64,000 bases of DNA from Parcubacteria group bacterium (lineage in GTDB: Bacteria; Patescibacteriota; Minisyncoccia; Moranbacterales; UBA11712): positions 163,124-227,123 of the forward strand of contig JBAZYY010000001.1 of NCBI GenBank assembly GCA_041659065.1, read 5' to 3'. Below are positions 36,158 through 46,652 of this stretch, piece after piece. How positions within the stretch are numbered: position 1 is the first letter of the stretch; each line of letters begins with the position of its first letter. The notes beneath the pieces are model-generated. The model was given only the letters and a program-made list of their open reading frames with translations, did no database searches and was not told the origin of the DNA. Made by a program: the position numbers and the translations under genes.

Positions 36158-36376
36158 TCACATCCGCTGAACTATTCTGCCTTTGGTCAAATCATACGGA
36201 CTCATTTCAACTAGAACTTTATCTCCAGGGAGCAGTCTAATATAGTTGACTCTCATTCTCCCGGATATATGCGCTAGAATTTCATGCCCATTTTCAAGTT
36301 CCACTTTAAAAGTGGTGCTAGGCAGAGTTTCTGTTACTTTGCCTTCCAGTCTTATTATTTCCTTCTCCTTTGCCAT
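36158..36376 (-). CDS. infA: translation initiation factor IF-1
   Basis: [59 protein letters not shown] matches IF-1. It ends in a TGA stop. Confidence 0.9.
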   Translation of the reverse strand: MAKEKEIIRLEGKVTETLPSTTFKVELENGHEILAHISGRMRVNYIRLLPGDKVLVEMSPYDLTKGRIVQRM

Positions 36377-36573
36377 TTATAATTTTTTATTGAATACAAA
36401 GCAAAAAAGGGGCTACCGCCGAAAGCCCTAATTATCCAGAAGGCGGCACATCCAAACATTCCAATTTCTTGTAAGGCACTCCTTTTTCAGCTTCATTATT
36501 GCTGAAATTATTTTAGCTGTAATTGAAAATATTGTCAACAGTCCGGGGGTGATTTATCCGCCGAAGGAGGCTC

Positions 36574-38508
36574 CTATTCTGAGACATTAATAATGATACG
36601 ATTTTCAAATATTGGCATTTTCTTCAAAAAATACGGCCACATCTGTATATCTATTTTGCTGATAGACGGATAACTTTTTGCATAATTATAGGCTGATTCA
36701 ACGCTTTTTCCTAAAATGCCGCGCTTAAAATTTTCTGCGTCAATTTTTGGATTTTCATTTGCATCGCCTTTTATATTGAAGCTGAGGGTGTCATTATCCA
36801 AGTCATACCCATCCACGATATAGTTCAGATTCTCTCCGTCCACAATATTGCTACTGCCTAAGTCTCTTGTTCCAAAAATCACCTCAGCGATGTCGCCCTT
36901 ACTGACAGCTAAGCCTTGCAACTTCACATCAGCGGTGAGTGTGAATTTATCAGCTGAATCTCCGACAGAAGCAGAAGAAGTCGTGCTGATTATTTCAGCT
37001 TTTACAGTATCTTCAAATAATTTTTCATCGCTTCCCATCTTTTGCGCAATCTTATCTATGGCTTCTTTTTTAATCTGACCGGCTATATCCTCTTTGGCCG
37101 CCTGTAAATCTTGAGAGGAAACAATCTTTGCCTCGTCTGAAGAGCCGCCTGTCATATTCGCAGCCGATTTGGCGTAAAATTTCTGATATTTTGGGCTGTC
37201 CTTAAATCCCGGGATCGTAAAGGACGTTGGCGCTATATCATATTCTTGTCCTGGCTGATCGGCTAATACTTCTACTTCGACCGAGCCTGGAGAGTTGTCA
37301 TTTCCTGACTTTTTCATGCCCGGAACAACTGCTGAATTCGTTATCCTGAAAATTTTTCCATCCGGCGTTTCCAGCCTGGTGGTGGCTACCAGTGCCTGGT
37401 CTTCAGTGCTGTACTCATTGTATATTATCACTTTTCCCCCAGATTTGCCTTTTCCCGTTTTTGATCCGGTAGCATTATATTCCAGGGCTTTTTTTTCGGT
37501 AAATTCCATTTTTTTGGCGGGAATATTGCCGCTGGCTGCGTCGACTGCATTTACACTGGCGGAAGCGTTAATATTTTTAGACACGGATTTAGCCAAGCTT
37601 ATCGGATGAATATTGACAGTAGCCTTTGGAAGATAAACATAAGCGAGAAATCCCACTGCAGCTACTGCAAAAAAGGCCAAAAAAAATAAAAAGTATTTAG
37701 CCGCAGAACCCTTGACCTTTTCCGTATCCATGATCTTTTTTTCCTTTCGGCTATGGCTGAAAATCGATGATCTGCCAAAATACGCATCCGTTTTTTTAGC
37801 AAAATTATCAGTCAAAAAAATGTTTTTATCCAGTTTTTCCAAGCTATCCTCTTTGATTATTATGGCTTCGCTGTTTAATGTTGCGGAGTTGCTCTTCGGA
37901 GTGTGAATATTTTTTTCAGTTTGTCTCGCCATAGGAGTTGATACGGATTTCCTTCCAGGCGCTTTTTTCTTCGCTTCTGGTATAATATCACTCATTCTTA
38001 CCGATTTTTTCTTTACTTTCTGGCTGCTTGCTTTGCTTGCAGGCGAAACAATGTCATTCTTTTTTTCAGGAATTTCAGGGATTTCATTCTCATTCTCTTG
38101 CGCAACCGGCATACTGACTGCCGCCCCGTAAAAAAAGTCCGATCCAATTTGCCTTTTAAAATCGCTTTGCTCAAAGTTGGTTTCCTTTGAAGCAGCTGAC
38201 TTTTCGAGCAATGACTCATTTATATCCTCCACGGCACTTGCCGAAACTTCGCCCTCCGGCCTGCCAGCGCTCTTTATGCCCGCCTTTTCAATTAATTTTT
38301 TTCCAAGCTTATCCTGGGTGACAATTATTAATTTCTTTTTTCTCCGATCTGATTCCCGCTTCAGAAGACGCAAATTTACGAGACTTTGTAAAAGCAACGC
38401 TCTTTTTGGCGCGACTACAATCACCTCCGCTTCTCTCGATTTTTTCAATCGGTCGATAATAGAGGTTATCTCCTCGTCTATATCAATATAGATAGTTTTA
38501 TGTGACAA
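36574..38508 (-). CDS. hypothetical single-pass membrane protein (644 aa), downstream of the ftsA-like gene
   Basis: A charged N-terminal domain, one TM helix (YFLFFLAFFAVAAVGFLAYVY) and a long extracytoplasmic region. No FtsZ or FtsQ signatures. Confidence 0.5.
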   Translation of the reverse strand: MSHKTIYIDIDEEITSIIDRLKKSREAEVIVVAPKRALLLQSLVNLRLLKRESDRRKKKLIIVTQDKLGKKLIEKAGIKSAGRPEGEVSASAVEDINESLLEKSAASKETNFEQSDFKRQIGSDFFYGAAVSMPVAQENENEIPEIPEKKNDIVSPASKASSQKVKKKSVRMSDIIPEAKKKAPGRKSVSTPMARQTEKNIHTPKSNSATLNSEAIIIKEDSLEKLDKNIFLTDNFAKKTDAYFGRSSIFSHSRKEKKIMDTEKVKGSAAKYFLFFLAFFAVAAVGFLAYVYLPKATVNIHPISLAKSVSKNINASASVNAVDAASGNIPAKKMEFTEKKALEYNATGSKTGKGKSGGKVIIYNEYSTEDQALVATTRLETPDGKIFRITNSAVVPGMKKSGNDNSPGSVEVEVLADQPGQEYDIAPTSFTIPGFKDSPKYQKFYAKSAANMTGGSSDEAKIVSSQDLQAAKEDIAGQIKKEAIDKIAQKMGSDEKLFEDTVKAEIISTTSSASVGDSADKFTLTADVKLQGLAVSKGDIAEVIFGTRDLGSSNIVDGENLNYIVDGYDLDNDTLSFNIKGDANENPKIDAENFKRGILGKSVESAYNYAKSYPSISKIDIQMWPYFLKKMPIFENRIIINVSE

Positions 38509-38576
38509 AAATTACGGAGCGCAGAACATGTAACGCAAAGATGTTTCATGCTATGTGCTGATATATTATGTGAATT

Positions 38577-39842
38577 TTAATTCTGCATCATCTTTACCGC
38601 ACGCCGAAGCATATTTGAGAGCATTTTTTCTTCACCCACTAAATCCAAAGCAAGATTCGCAAGGCCCATCGGCGTTATATCCTGAGGATCTTTCAAAAAT
38701 CCGGTCGTATCCTGGATATTTACGACATCTTTCGGCTGCAAAAAATTCACACTTGGCATCTTGCTGAATGGCAAATTTTTTGACCAGTTTCTGTTCAGCA
38801 AAGCTCTTTTTATGCCAGGAAGCGCGGATCCTCCTCCGCACAAAAGAATTCTAGGCGGCAACAAATCCGTTTCAGAATATTCATTGAGCGACAATTCTAC
38901 CCCATCCAGCCATACTCCGCAATCCTCCTCTAGGATTTTGTCCAGTTTCGGCGCTATGTCCGCGCCCAACTTCCCTAAACCGTAGCTGATTTTAAGATGC
39001 TCAGCTTCTTCAAAAGAAATATTCAGCTCTTGGGCAATTTTCTTTGTAAAAGCCCGCCCACCAAGAGCAAACATTTTGGTCCCTTCCAGTCCGCCGTTTC
39101 TGACCACGGCAATATCCGTTGTCCCTCCCCCAACGTCAATGAAAATCGCGCTAAAATCGACTGTATTTTCGAGTCCCATCGATCTGGCAACCGCATAGGG
39201 TTCCGCGGCAATACTTAGCAGATCCAAGTCAAGCTCCTCAGCTATCGCTTGAAGGGCGCCCAAGTGGACAATCGGCGCATAGGCATTGAAGATGCCGATT
39301 GAAACATCCCTGCCCTGAAATCCCAACGGATTTGTCACCCTATACCCATCGATCCTTACATCCACAATGGCGGCGTTTATTAGCTTCACATCAATCTCAC
39401 TATGTCCTGTTTCCCAAGCCAGCTGCTGGCGAATTCGGTCGAATGCTTTCCATTGCACTTTTTGAATAATATTTTTAAGTTCCGGAAGATCTATCCTTAT
39501 CTCCGGTTTTAATCTTTCGTAATGCACGGTCGTGGTCGAGCCCTTTACCAGCTCTCCGGCAATTCCCATTATGGTCTGTTCAATCCTTCTGACATTTGCC
39601 ATATTTTCGGCCATTTCAATCGCATGCTGGCAAGTTCTTATGACTCCGCTAATATCACTGACAGCTCCGCTTTGCATATCGCCAAGTTTTTGCCTGACTT
39701 TCCCGACACCCATGACTATTCCCTTTTCGCTTTCCTCATCAATCCTAAAAATCAAGGCCTTCACTACTTCAGTGCCGATATCCAAAGCAAGCGCAAAATT
39801 AGCCTTACCTCTTCCCCTAAATATATTAGAAAATAGGCCCAT
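38577..39842 (-). CDS. ftsA: actin-like ATPase, FtsA-like cell division protein
   Basis: Phosphate-1 (ALALDIGTEVVKA) and phosphate-2/adenosine (IFIDVGGGTTDIAV) motifs are present. At 421 aa, the size fits FtsA rather than PilM or MreB. Confidence 0.6.
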   Translation of the reverse strand: MGLFSNIFRGRGKANFALALDIGTEVVKALIFRIDEESEKGIVMGVGKVRQKLGDMQSGAVSDISGVIRTCQHAIEMAENMANVRRIEQTIMGIAGELVKGSTTTVHYERLKPEIRIDLPELKNIIQKVQWKAFDRIRQQLAWETGHSEIDVKLINAAIVDVRIDGYRVTNPLGFQGRDVSIGIFNAYAPIVHLGALQAIAEELDLDLLSIAAEPYAVARSMGLENTVDFSAIFIDVGGGTTDIAVVRNGGLEGTKMFALGGRAFTKKIAQELNISFEEAEHLKISYGLGKLGADIAPKLDKILEEDCGVWLDGVELSLNEYSETDLLPPRILLCGGGSALPGIKRALLNRNWSKNLPFSKMPSVNFLQPKDVVNIQDTTGFLKDPQDITPMGLANLALDLVGEEKMLSNMLRRAVKMMQN

Positions 39843-39900
39843 TGGGAGTATTTATTATTTTTCCATTACCTGACCTTTATTATACTGACAATCATCCTTT

Positions 39901-40938
39901 TTGACAAAAGCTGCGAATATCCGTAATCTTAAATCATTGACTATGCTATCAGCTGAACAAATAAAATCAATTTATAAATACCTGCGGTTTTTTATCTATC
40001 TCATCCCACTCATGACCGTTTTTTTTGGAGCTTTTTTTATTCTTTTTCCCACGGACAGTTACAGCTATACCGCAAATAATTCCGCTGCATCGAAATTCGC
40101 AATAAGTGAAAACGAAGTAAAAAACACTTTACATTTTGGAATTTTTCCGCTTAGATCCTTCCAAAATATAAACTTAAACCTTACTCTGAAAAATACCGCC
40201 AATAGCGGCTGCCCCAAAAATCTTACGATTTCCCTGATTAAAACTTACGCCGCTTTTCTTTTGCCGGAAGGGAAACCGATCAGCACCGAGGATGAACTAA
40301 ACCAAATTCTATTTGATGAAAATAAAACAAAATATCCCAACGGATCTCTCTTGCATTTAAAGCCTACAAACGAAGTTTTTTTCGTTAGCCATGGAAAGAT
40401 TACGCTATTTCCGGGTCCGGAAATATTCGAAGCCTTCGGCTTTAGTTTTGACAATCTCACGGATATTGACAAAGCCACTGCCGATTTATTCCCTGTCTCG
40501 GATACCAAAGTATTCAAGTGGACGGACATCCATCCGGACGGCACTATTTTCAAAGCGTACCCGTCACATCGCCTCTACATCATCTCTAATGGAGCAAAAC
40601 ACCTGATTGAAAACGGAGATTTACTCAATAAGGTTTGGCCGCAAAATTTCACCGTTCCGGTTGATGATCCGGATACCCTCGAGAGCCAAACATGCAATGT
40701 TTCAAATCAAGCATTGAGAAATGGCCGGGTAAATTGCAAGTTTAATAATAAGTTTGGGTCTCTCGGAAAATATCTTAATTTCACCATCGCTCCTGCTGAA
40801 GGATGCGGCATCAACTCAATAGGCATTAAACAAGCCGAAGTAAAAATTATTTCCTCAAAGACAATGGAAACAGCGAAACAGTCCCTGCAAAATATTGCTG
40901 CTTCAATTTTAAATAGATATTTTTTTAAGAGTAACTAA
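39901..40938 (+). CDS. hypothetical secreted/membrane-anchored protein (345 aa)
   Basis: N-terminal TM/signal anchor. No family recognised. Confidence 0.5.
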   Translation: MTKAANIRNLKSLTMLSAEQIKSIYKYLRFFIYLIPLMTVFFGAFFILFPTDSYSYTANNSAASKFAISENEVKNTLHFGIFPLRSFQNINLNLTLKNTANSGCPKNLTISLIKTYAAFLLPEGKPISTEDELNQILFDENKTKYPNGSLLHLKPTNEVFFVSHGKITLFPGPEIFEAFGFSFDNLTDIDKATADLFPVSDTKVFKWTDIHPDGTIFKAYPSHRLYIISNGAKHLIENGDLLNKVWPQNFTVPVDDPDTLESQTCNVSNQALRNGRVNCKFNNKFGSLGKYLNFTIAPAEGCGINSIGIKQAEVKIISSKTMETAKQSLQNIAASILNRYFFKSN

Positions 40939-40943
40939 TTGAC

Positions 40944-41354
40944 ATGAGCTGGAAGAAATTTTTTATTTCAATACTTAAAGACCTGACGGTATCGTTGATC
41001 GTCACTTACTTCATATTGATCATTCCCGAACTCGTCTTGCCTAATTTGGTGAGCTCGCATGTGAGCCTTAAATACCTGCTGGCGCTGATAGTGCTGCTTG
41101 GCTTGGCTTATTCCTTGCTTGCTGAGAAAAAAACACGCCCGGAAACAAATCCGAAGTTCAGGTCAATTTCGCAAAACATCTTGAACATCCTTCTTTTTCT
41201 GATATTCGCAATGCTGCTTCTAAGTCTATATAAGATGAGGTTTTGGGAGGTCGTTTTAATCTCCGCGCTTTCTCTTTTATTTTTTATCTCACTGGAAAAT
41301 ATACTATTTTCTGAAAAGAAGGACCTCGCCAATAATCAGAAATTAATAAAGTAG
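40944..41354 (+). CDS. hypothetical integral membrane protein (136 aa, ~4 TM)
   Basis: Hydrophobic throughout. It starts 6 nt after the previous gene. Confidence 0.5.
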   Translation: MSWKKFFISILKDLTVSLIVTYFILIIPELVLPNLVSSHVSLKYLLALIVLLGLAYSLLAEKKTRPETNPKFRSISQNILNILLFLIFAMLLLSLYKMRFWEVVLISALSLLFFISLENILFSEKKDLANNQKLIK

Positions 41355-41358
41355 TTCG

Positions 41359-42930
41359 TCAGTTTATTTCCGATCCAACGCTTAAGCCGTTAACATCGCT
41401 TCGTTTTACTTTTGTTATTTTTTTGAACCCCATAGTGGAGGCAAGTTTTTTTGCTGAAAAACGCCTTAGGTTTTTATTTTCAACAAAATAATATCTGCTT
41501 TTATAACTCACCACTCCGCCATCTTGGACTTTCAGCGAGTTTTTAGTTTTAAACAATTTTAATGCTTTTTTTGAAACCCGCAGAACCATTCTGGAACTGA
41601 AACTGGCCTTAAATACTGTTTTGGAAATTTTCAGCTTTACGGACCCTTCGGCTATGTAATAATAATCCTTTTTGTTGCTAGTAATTATTGTCCCCGCAGG
41701 CAGATTGCTGATCGTTTCTATGTCTACTCCTGCTTGGTAAGCGCTAATCTCCGCATCGGAGATTGCCTCGGAGCTGTTTAGATTCACCAGTCCCAGTTCG
41801 CTCTGAGGCAAAACCAGTTTACGCTTCAAACCGCTTTCGATTAAATAATAATCGTTTCCGCTGCCTCTCACAAACGCTCCGTTTCTGAGATCAGCTGCAC
41901 CGCCTTGCTCATAGCTTTCCCACTTTGCCTGGCTTATCTCAATAATATTGTTAAGATTATATCCCGTAAAAAGAACCGCGGAGCTATTGATCGGCCGAAT
42001 TTTTCCGTCCTCCAGAATTCCGCATTGTCCATTTTCCGCCGTCCTGAATATAGTTCCGGATGGATAAATATGACCGGTATTCTCTCCCGAGCTTCCGATC
42101 TCACCTGCCAGCGGAAACATCATTATTTGATTCGAACTCAAAGCGGCCACTTGCGGCTTGTTGCTGTTGGTATATCGTTTGCCGTCCGAGAACTCATTCA
42201 AGCTGCCGTCAGCATTATTTTTGAACGCGAAATTTTGATACGAGGCGGCGTAACTTAAGCTAGCTTTCCTGATTTCCGACAAGGTATTGTACAATTTTTT
42301 GCCTGGACATTGGGTGCTGGTTAAATCCCGGTGGCCTACTACCGCCGAATCAAGATTCCTGCTTGAAAAATGAACTTTTTTTGAAAGATCAATATCATTA
42401 GCCATTGCGAGCCAGCCTATTAGTTTATCCAGCGATTCTTGAGCCGCGGACGAGATATTATTGGATTCGTAATTTCCTAGAATTGCGATTCCTATCGAGC
42501 CTTCGTTATAGCCGGAAGTATGTCCCGCAATCACTCCATTGCCGCCTTCGCGACCCTCGAAAATTTGTCCATCCTTTCCGATAACATAGTTATAGCCAAT
42601 ATCACCCCATCTTTTAGTATAAGAGTGGTATTTATAAATACTTTGGATTTGTTTGGCATCGGATTTGCTCGAAGACGTATCGGTATGATGGACGACAAAT
42701 ATTTCGGGATCCGCATATTCCTTGCTCCAGGTAACCCCTCTTTTCTTATTCTTTTTTTCAAGCGAACTCATCGCGCTGTTCCACCAATCGGATCGTGCGT
42801 GAATAATCGGAACACCTGATGTGTCCAGCGCCTTTACCTTGTTTTTGGCGCCGCATTCCAAGGCAAAATTAGAAGCCAAGAGGCTGCTTATAGCAAGTGA
42901 AAAAAGAGAAAGTCTTATGAATTTTATCAT
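41359..42930 (-). CDS. secreted N-acetylmuramoyl-L-alanine amidase (Amidase_2/PGRP domain) with C-terminal repeat domain
   Basis: A signal peptide precedes the Amidase_2 Zn site (IFVVHHTDT...GDIGYNYVIGKDGQIFEGR...GHTSGYNEGSIGIAILGNY...VGHRDL..TQCPG). Confidence 0.7.
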   Translation of the reverse strand: MIKFIRLSLFSLAISSLLASNFALECGAKNKVKALDTSGVPIIHARSDWWNSAMSSLEKKNKKRGVTWSKEYADPEIFVVHHTDTSSSKSDAKQIQSIYKYHSYTKRWGDIGYNYVIGKDGQIFEGREGGNGVIAGHTSGYNEGSIGIAILGNYESNNISSAAQESLDKLIGWLAMANDIDLSKKVHFSSRNLDSAVVGHRDLTSTQCPGKKLYNTLSEIRKASLSYAASYQNFAFKNNADGSLNEFSDGKRYTNSNKPQVAALSSNQIMMFPLAGEIGSSGENTGHIYPSGTIFRTAENGQCGILEDGKIRPINSSAVLFTGYNLNNIIEISQAKWESYEQGGAADLRNGAFVRGSGNDYYLIESGLKRKLVLPQSELGLVNLNSSEAISDAEISAYQAGVDIETISNLPAGTIITSNKKDYYYIAEGSVKLKISKTVFKASFSSRMVLRVSKKALKLFKTKNSLKVQDGGVVSYKSRYYFVENKNLRRFSAKKLASTMGFKKITKVKRSDVNGLSVGSEIN

Positions 42931-42951
42931 CTCGAAAAAGAGTTATTTTTG

Positions 42952-43980
42952 TTATTTCACCGAACCAAGCTTGGTGTCATCGTCAACGTATTGAAATTCA
43001 CAATTTTCGTTGTTTTTCGCAGAAATAGCTTCAAAAGCCTCGGGAGAAAGGCCGCCTACTCTTCCCGTCCAGATTGCCGGTCCGGCTTCCAGAATAGAGG
43101 CTACAACTTTTTTTCCATTTCTCTTGTTGGTGACCAGTACCTTTTTCTTTTTATACCAATCTTTTTTGCTCGTGCTTGAATCAAGGGCTCGAGTGACTCT
43201 CTCCCACTGTCCGCCCTTGTATCTATATTCCAACCTCACGGCGTCATTTTTATCATGGGCGGCTTTGGAACTTTTATAACCCCGGCTTAAACCCTTCAAT
43301 TTATCGCCGCTTTTGGAAGAATAGTGCATATATTCACCCTCTATTTTTACATAGCCTGATTTGGGAAAATCATCCGCATCCTTAAGCGTGATTGATTTTG
43401 CAACCTTGTCTATCTTGCTTGCCAACTCTGATTCCGGTTCCTTCCAATCCGTGTATTCCCAACGCATGGTGACGTAGTATTTTTCTTCGTTTTTATCGCC
43501 GCTATCAAGTGGCCCAAATGATCCGTAACCCCCCGCCATGCCGTTCTGGCAGCTCTTGGACACATTCGCCATGGAATAATGGCTACTAGCCGATTGGTTC
43601 TTTTTTAGCCAAAGATGCTGCTCAATCGCGATTTTCCCAACAGTATCCGGAAGCGGGTATTTGCCACTAACGACATTAACGACGTCGCTCGTGCTCGAAG
43701 GAGAATTCCCGCTGTTAGTATTATTATTTTGAGAAGCGACGGCAGCCTGATAATTTTTTTTAATCTTATTGTATTCGGTGCGGCTTATTTTGGGCAGATA
43801 TTTTTCCCAGTATGTTTGCGGCACGCCGTTCTGTTCCAGTATGTTTTGCCATTTTGTCTTTTTGGCGGCTTGGCACGAATATCCAAACAGGACTAAAGCG
43901 GCAATGAAAAAAACAGACCATGCGAATGATCGTAAATATTTTGTTATTCCCTTGTTTTTTGGTTTTATATTCGAAAGCAT
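42952..43980 (-). CDS. hypothetical secreted protein / lipoprotein-like (342 aa)
   Basis: Signal anchor with Cys (LFGYSCQAAKK). No family recognised. Confidence 0.5.
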   Translation of the reverse strand: MLSNIKPKNKGITKYLRSFAWSVFFIAALVLFGYSCQAAKKTKWQNILEQNGVPQTYWEKYLPKISRTEYNKIKKNYQAAVASQNNNTNSGNSPSSTSDVVNVVSGKYPLPDTVGKIAIEQHLWLKKNQSASSHYSMANVSKSCQNGMAGGYGSFGPLDSGDKNEEKYYVTMRWEYTDWKEPESELASKIDKVAKSITLKDADDFPKSGYVKIEGEYMHYSSKSGDKLKGLSRGYKSSKAAHDKNDAVRLEYRYKGGQWERVTRALDSSTSKKDWYKKKKVLVTNKRNGKKVVASILEAGPAIWTGRVGGLSPEAFEAISAKNNENCEFQYVDDDTKLGSVK

Positions 43981-44005
43981 CCTTAACCGATGATTAAAAG
44001 ATAGA

Positions 44006-45121
44006 TTATTCTATAAGCCAATCGAGTGTTTCCTGGGCGCATTTCTTCCAGCTAAATTCAGCTGCTCTCGCTAATCCCTTATTTTTAAGATCATCTTTTA
44101 GTTTATTATTTTTTAGTAATTCGCGCAATACCCTTTCCAGATCTTGCGAATCATTCTCGTCGAATAATAATCCGTTTTCCCCTATTATTTCGCTTAAACT
44201 GGAGTTATCCGCAGCGATTACCGGCACTCCACAAGCCATCGCTTCAAGCGCTGTCATTCCAAAACCTTCGTAGAGCGAAGGCAATATGAAAGCTTCCGCT
44301 CCCGCCAGAAGTCCCGGAAGATCTTTGGTTTCAAATTTCCCGGTCAGGATCACGCTTTCAGATTCATTAATTTTTTTTACAATACTCTCGTGAAACCAGC
44401 CTAAGTCTCCCGCGATGACCAGTCCCATATCTTTATACGAACTATCTCGCTTTAATGACGCAAAAGCATCCAAAAGAACCTCGATGTTTTTCCTGGGCTG
44501 AATCGCGCCGACATAAATCAGATATTTGGCATAAGATACATGATGCTTGGCTTTAGCCTTATTGATATCTTCCGAAGGAATATTTTCATTAAACAGCTCT
44601 TTGTCATATCCATGATAAATTACTTTTATCTTATCTTCCCTGGCGCCTGGATACAGCCTTAGAATGTCACCTTTTGTTGAATTTGATACTGCAATAATTT
44701 TATCGGCTCTTTTTATGGCGTAGTCGGTAAAATAATTCAGCCTTCGCAGATCTTTGCCGGGGAAATGGTCCGGAAATAACTTGAAAGCCAGGTCATGTAT
44801 CGTAACGACAGTTTTTGTCATTTTTGATCGAATGCACGGCAGGGAGTGCATGGGCATCCATAAAACATCCGGTTTTTCGCGCAAAATTTTCAGCCCAAAA
44901 CGGACTTGCGTCCACCAGAAGGGAAATTCAAGATTAATAATTTGATAGTTTGGAAAGACAGGAAAGCTTAACTCCGGATTAAATTCCTTGTTTTTGTGGT
45001 AAATCAAAAATTGGTCCTCTTTATCGAGAAGACCAAAATTTTTCAATATATTTCGGATGTATATTCGCGTTCCGTCAATCCGCGCGTGATCAAGATCGGA
45101 AGCATTAATCGCGATTCGCAT
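44006..45121 (-). CDS. glycosyltransferase family 4 (GT-B fold)
   Basis: The C-terminal GT4 motif ILPSLYEGFGMTALEAMACGVPVIAADNSSLSEI is present. Confidence 0.75.
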   Translation of the reverse strand: MRIAINASDLDHARIDGTRIYIRNILKNFGLLDKEDQFLIYHKNKEFNPELSFPVFPNYQIINLEFPFWWTQVRFGLKILREKPDVLWMPMHSLPCIRSKMTKTVVTIHDLAFKLFPDHFPGKDLRRLNYFTDYAIKRADKIIAVSNSTKGDILRLYPGAREDKIKVIYHGYDKELFNENIPSEDINKAKAKHHVSYAKYLIYVGAIQPRKNIEVLLDAFASLKRDSSYKDMGLVIAGDLGWFHESIVKKINESESVILTGKFETKDLPGLLAGAEAFILPSLYEGFGMTALEAMACGVPVIAADNSSLSEIIGENGLLFDENDSQDLERVLRELLKNNKLKDDLKNKGLARAAEFSWKKCAQETLDWLIE

Positions 45122-45158
45122 AAAAACCGTAAATATTTAACTCCTTTTAGATTAACAA

Positions 45159-46643
45159 TTAATCTATCTTGCCTCTCCGCATCTTATTTACAAATTGCGC
45201 AAAGCCAACTTGCGCATCCTGCTCAAACATTGCCTTAATTGCTATTGGGGTAGTTGCCGGTGATTTCCAATTATAGATAGGCTTTAAATTCTTTCTTATT
45301 ATATAAGCGGTTTTGACCAAAAAATTAGTGTCTCCCTGAACCGGGCAAGCATAGATATAATCTTGCAGGTCGCCGCTCTGGCTGAACGTGCTCTTGATTT
45401 CGAAAGAAATTGGCAATCCTCTTTCTTTTATTTTTCTATATGACTCGACCGGATTGGGATAATGATTAAAATTCTTGTTCAGGTGTTTAATTTCCTCGTT
45501 TTTAATGTTTTTAAGTTGATTGCTTTCCACCATGACCACCCGCCGAATTTTTTTGTCGAAAAAGCAGGCTCCGCCTTTCTGCGGCTTAATAGGATTTTGC
45601 GCGACAATTTCCATAACCATATTAAAGCCTTTTCTTCCCAGCTCTAGTGCCAACGCCAAACTCGGTAAATCAACTGCGCAGGTCAGATATCCCAAGTCCT
45701 CGACGTTGTAGGAAAGCAGGTCATCGTGTGCAGCTAAAATTCTTTCAAATTCAATGTTGGATACGAACTCCCGTTTTCCGCTATTTTTTTTATCAACTCT
45801 AAAAAATACGTTGTCATGCGCTTTTTGCATCATCATCTGGCCGTGATTATGCAGCCGCTTATTTTTCTCCGTGGTTTGGTCGTAATACAGGCTACCTTCC
45901 TTGATGTATATTCCGTGAAAGCTGCGCTGGATCATAAATAAAACTTTTTTGGGATCTAATCCAAAAAAATTATACTTTCTGAATTTATCGAGAATTTCTT
46001 CCGCAGTCTGTTCATTGAGAACTATGATTGCCGTTTGCTTGGCTAATACCTTTTTAGGATCTTTACGATTCCGCTTGGCAATTTGAGCCACATCAAACGC
46101 CATCTGGAGCATATGTCTGTTTCCCAGGGAAATACCTAAAAGTTTTTCGGGATGTCCCCCGGCAATGTTGAGAACGCTTTTCGCGTTTATTTCCTGGTTT
46201 ATTTTTTTCCTTTCTTTGGCAAGCTCTTTTGTCTTATATCCTTTTTTCTTCAACTCTTGGAGCGCCTCTTGGCGTATATGCGACACCACATCGCCCAAGG
46301 AAAATTTACTTAAATCCAAAAGATATTTTGTTCCCAATCCCAGTCGGGTTGCTTCACCAGCAGCCGTATGCTCCCAGAGGAACTTTCCCTCAAGAATCGC
46401 CTTTTCAGCCGAGGCTGTTCCTATTTTATCCTCATCCAAAACTATAATATCCTTTTCATTTATGGGCTCGAGCTGTTCGAAATTTTCGTAAGTATTTATT
46501 TTTTCCTGATCTCTCTCGATATCTTTCAATGTTGCTTTCTTGATATTTTTATAATGCCGGTTAAGCATCCATTCAATATATCGCAAGACTGAAATTCGAT
46601 ATTCCTCAAAAGAGTCCAGGTGAATTTTTGGCTTAGTGTTCAT
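45159..46643 (-). CDS. UDP-sugar pyrophosphorylase-like nucleotidyltransferase (UDPGP/UAP family-like)
   Basis: HTAAGEATRLGLGTK resembles the (L)xGGxGTRLG nucleotide-binding loop of UDPGP-type enzymes. Assignment is tentative. Confidence 0.4.
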   Translation of the reverse strand: MNTKPKIHLDSFEEYRISVLRYIEWMLNRHYKNIKKATLKDIERDQEKINTYENFEQLEPINEKDIIVLDEDKIGTASAEKAILEGKFLWEHTAAGEATRLGLGTKYLLDLSKFSLGDVVSHIRQEALQELKKKGYKTKELAKERKKINQEINAKSVLNIAGGHPEKLLGISLGNRHMLQMAFDVAQIAKRNRKDPKKVLAKQTAIIVLNEQTAEEILDKFRKYNFFGLDPKKVLFMIQRSFHGIYIKEGSLYYDQTTEKNKRLHNHGQMMMQKAHDNVFFRVDKKNSGKREFVSNIEFERILAAHDDLLSYNVEDLGYLTCAVDLPSLALALELGRKGFNMVMEIVAQNPIKPQKGGACFFDKKIRRVVMVESNQLKNIKNEEIKHLNKNFNHYPNPVESYRKIKERGLPISFEIKSTFSQSGDLQDYIYACPVQGDTNFLVKTAYIIRKNLKPIYNWKSPATTPIAIKAMFEQDAQVGFAQFVNKMRRGKID

Positions 46644-46652
46644 ATAGTGAAG

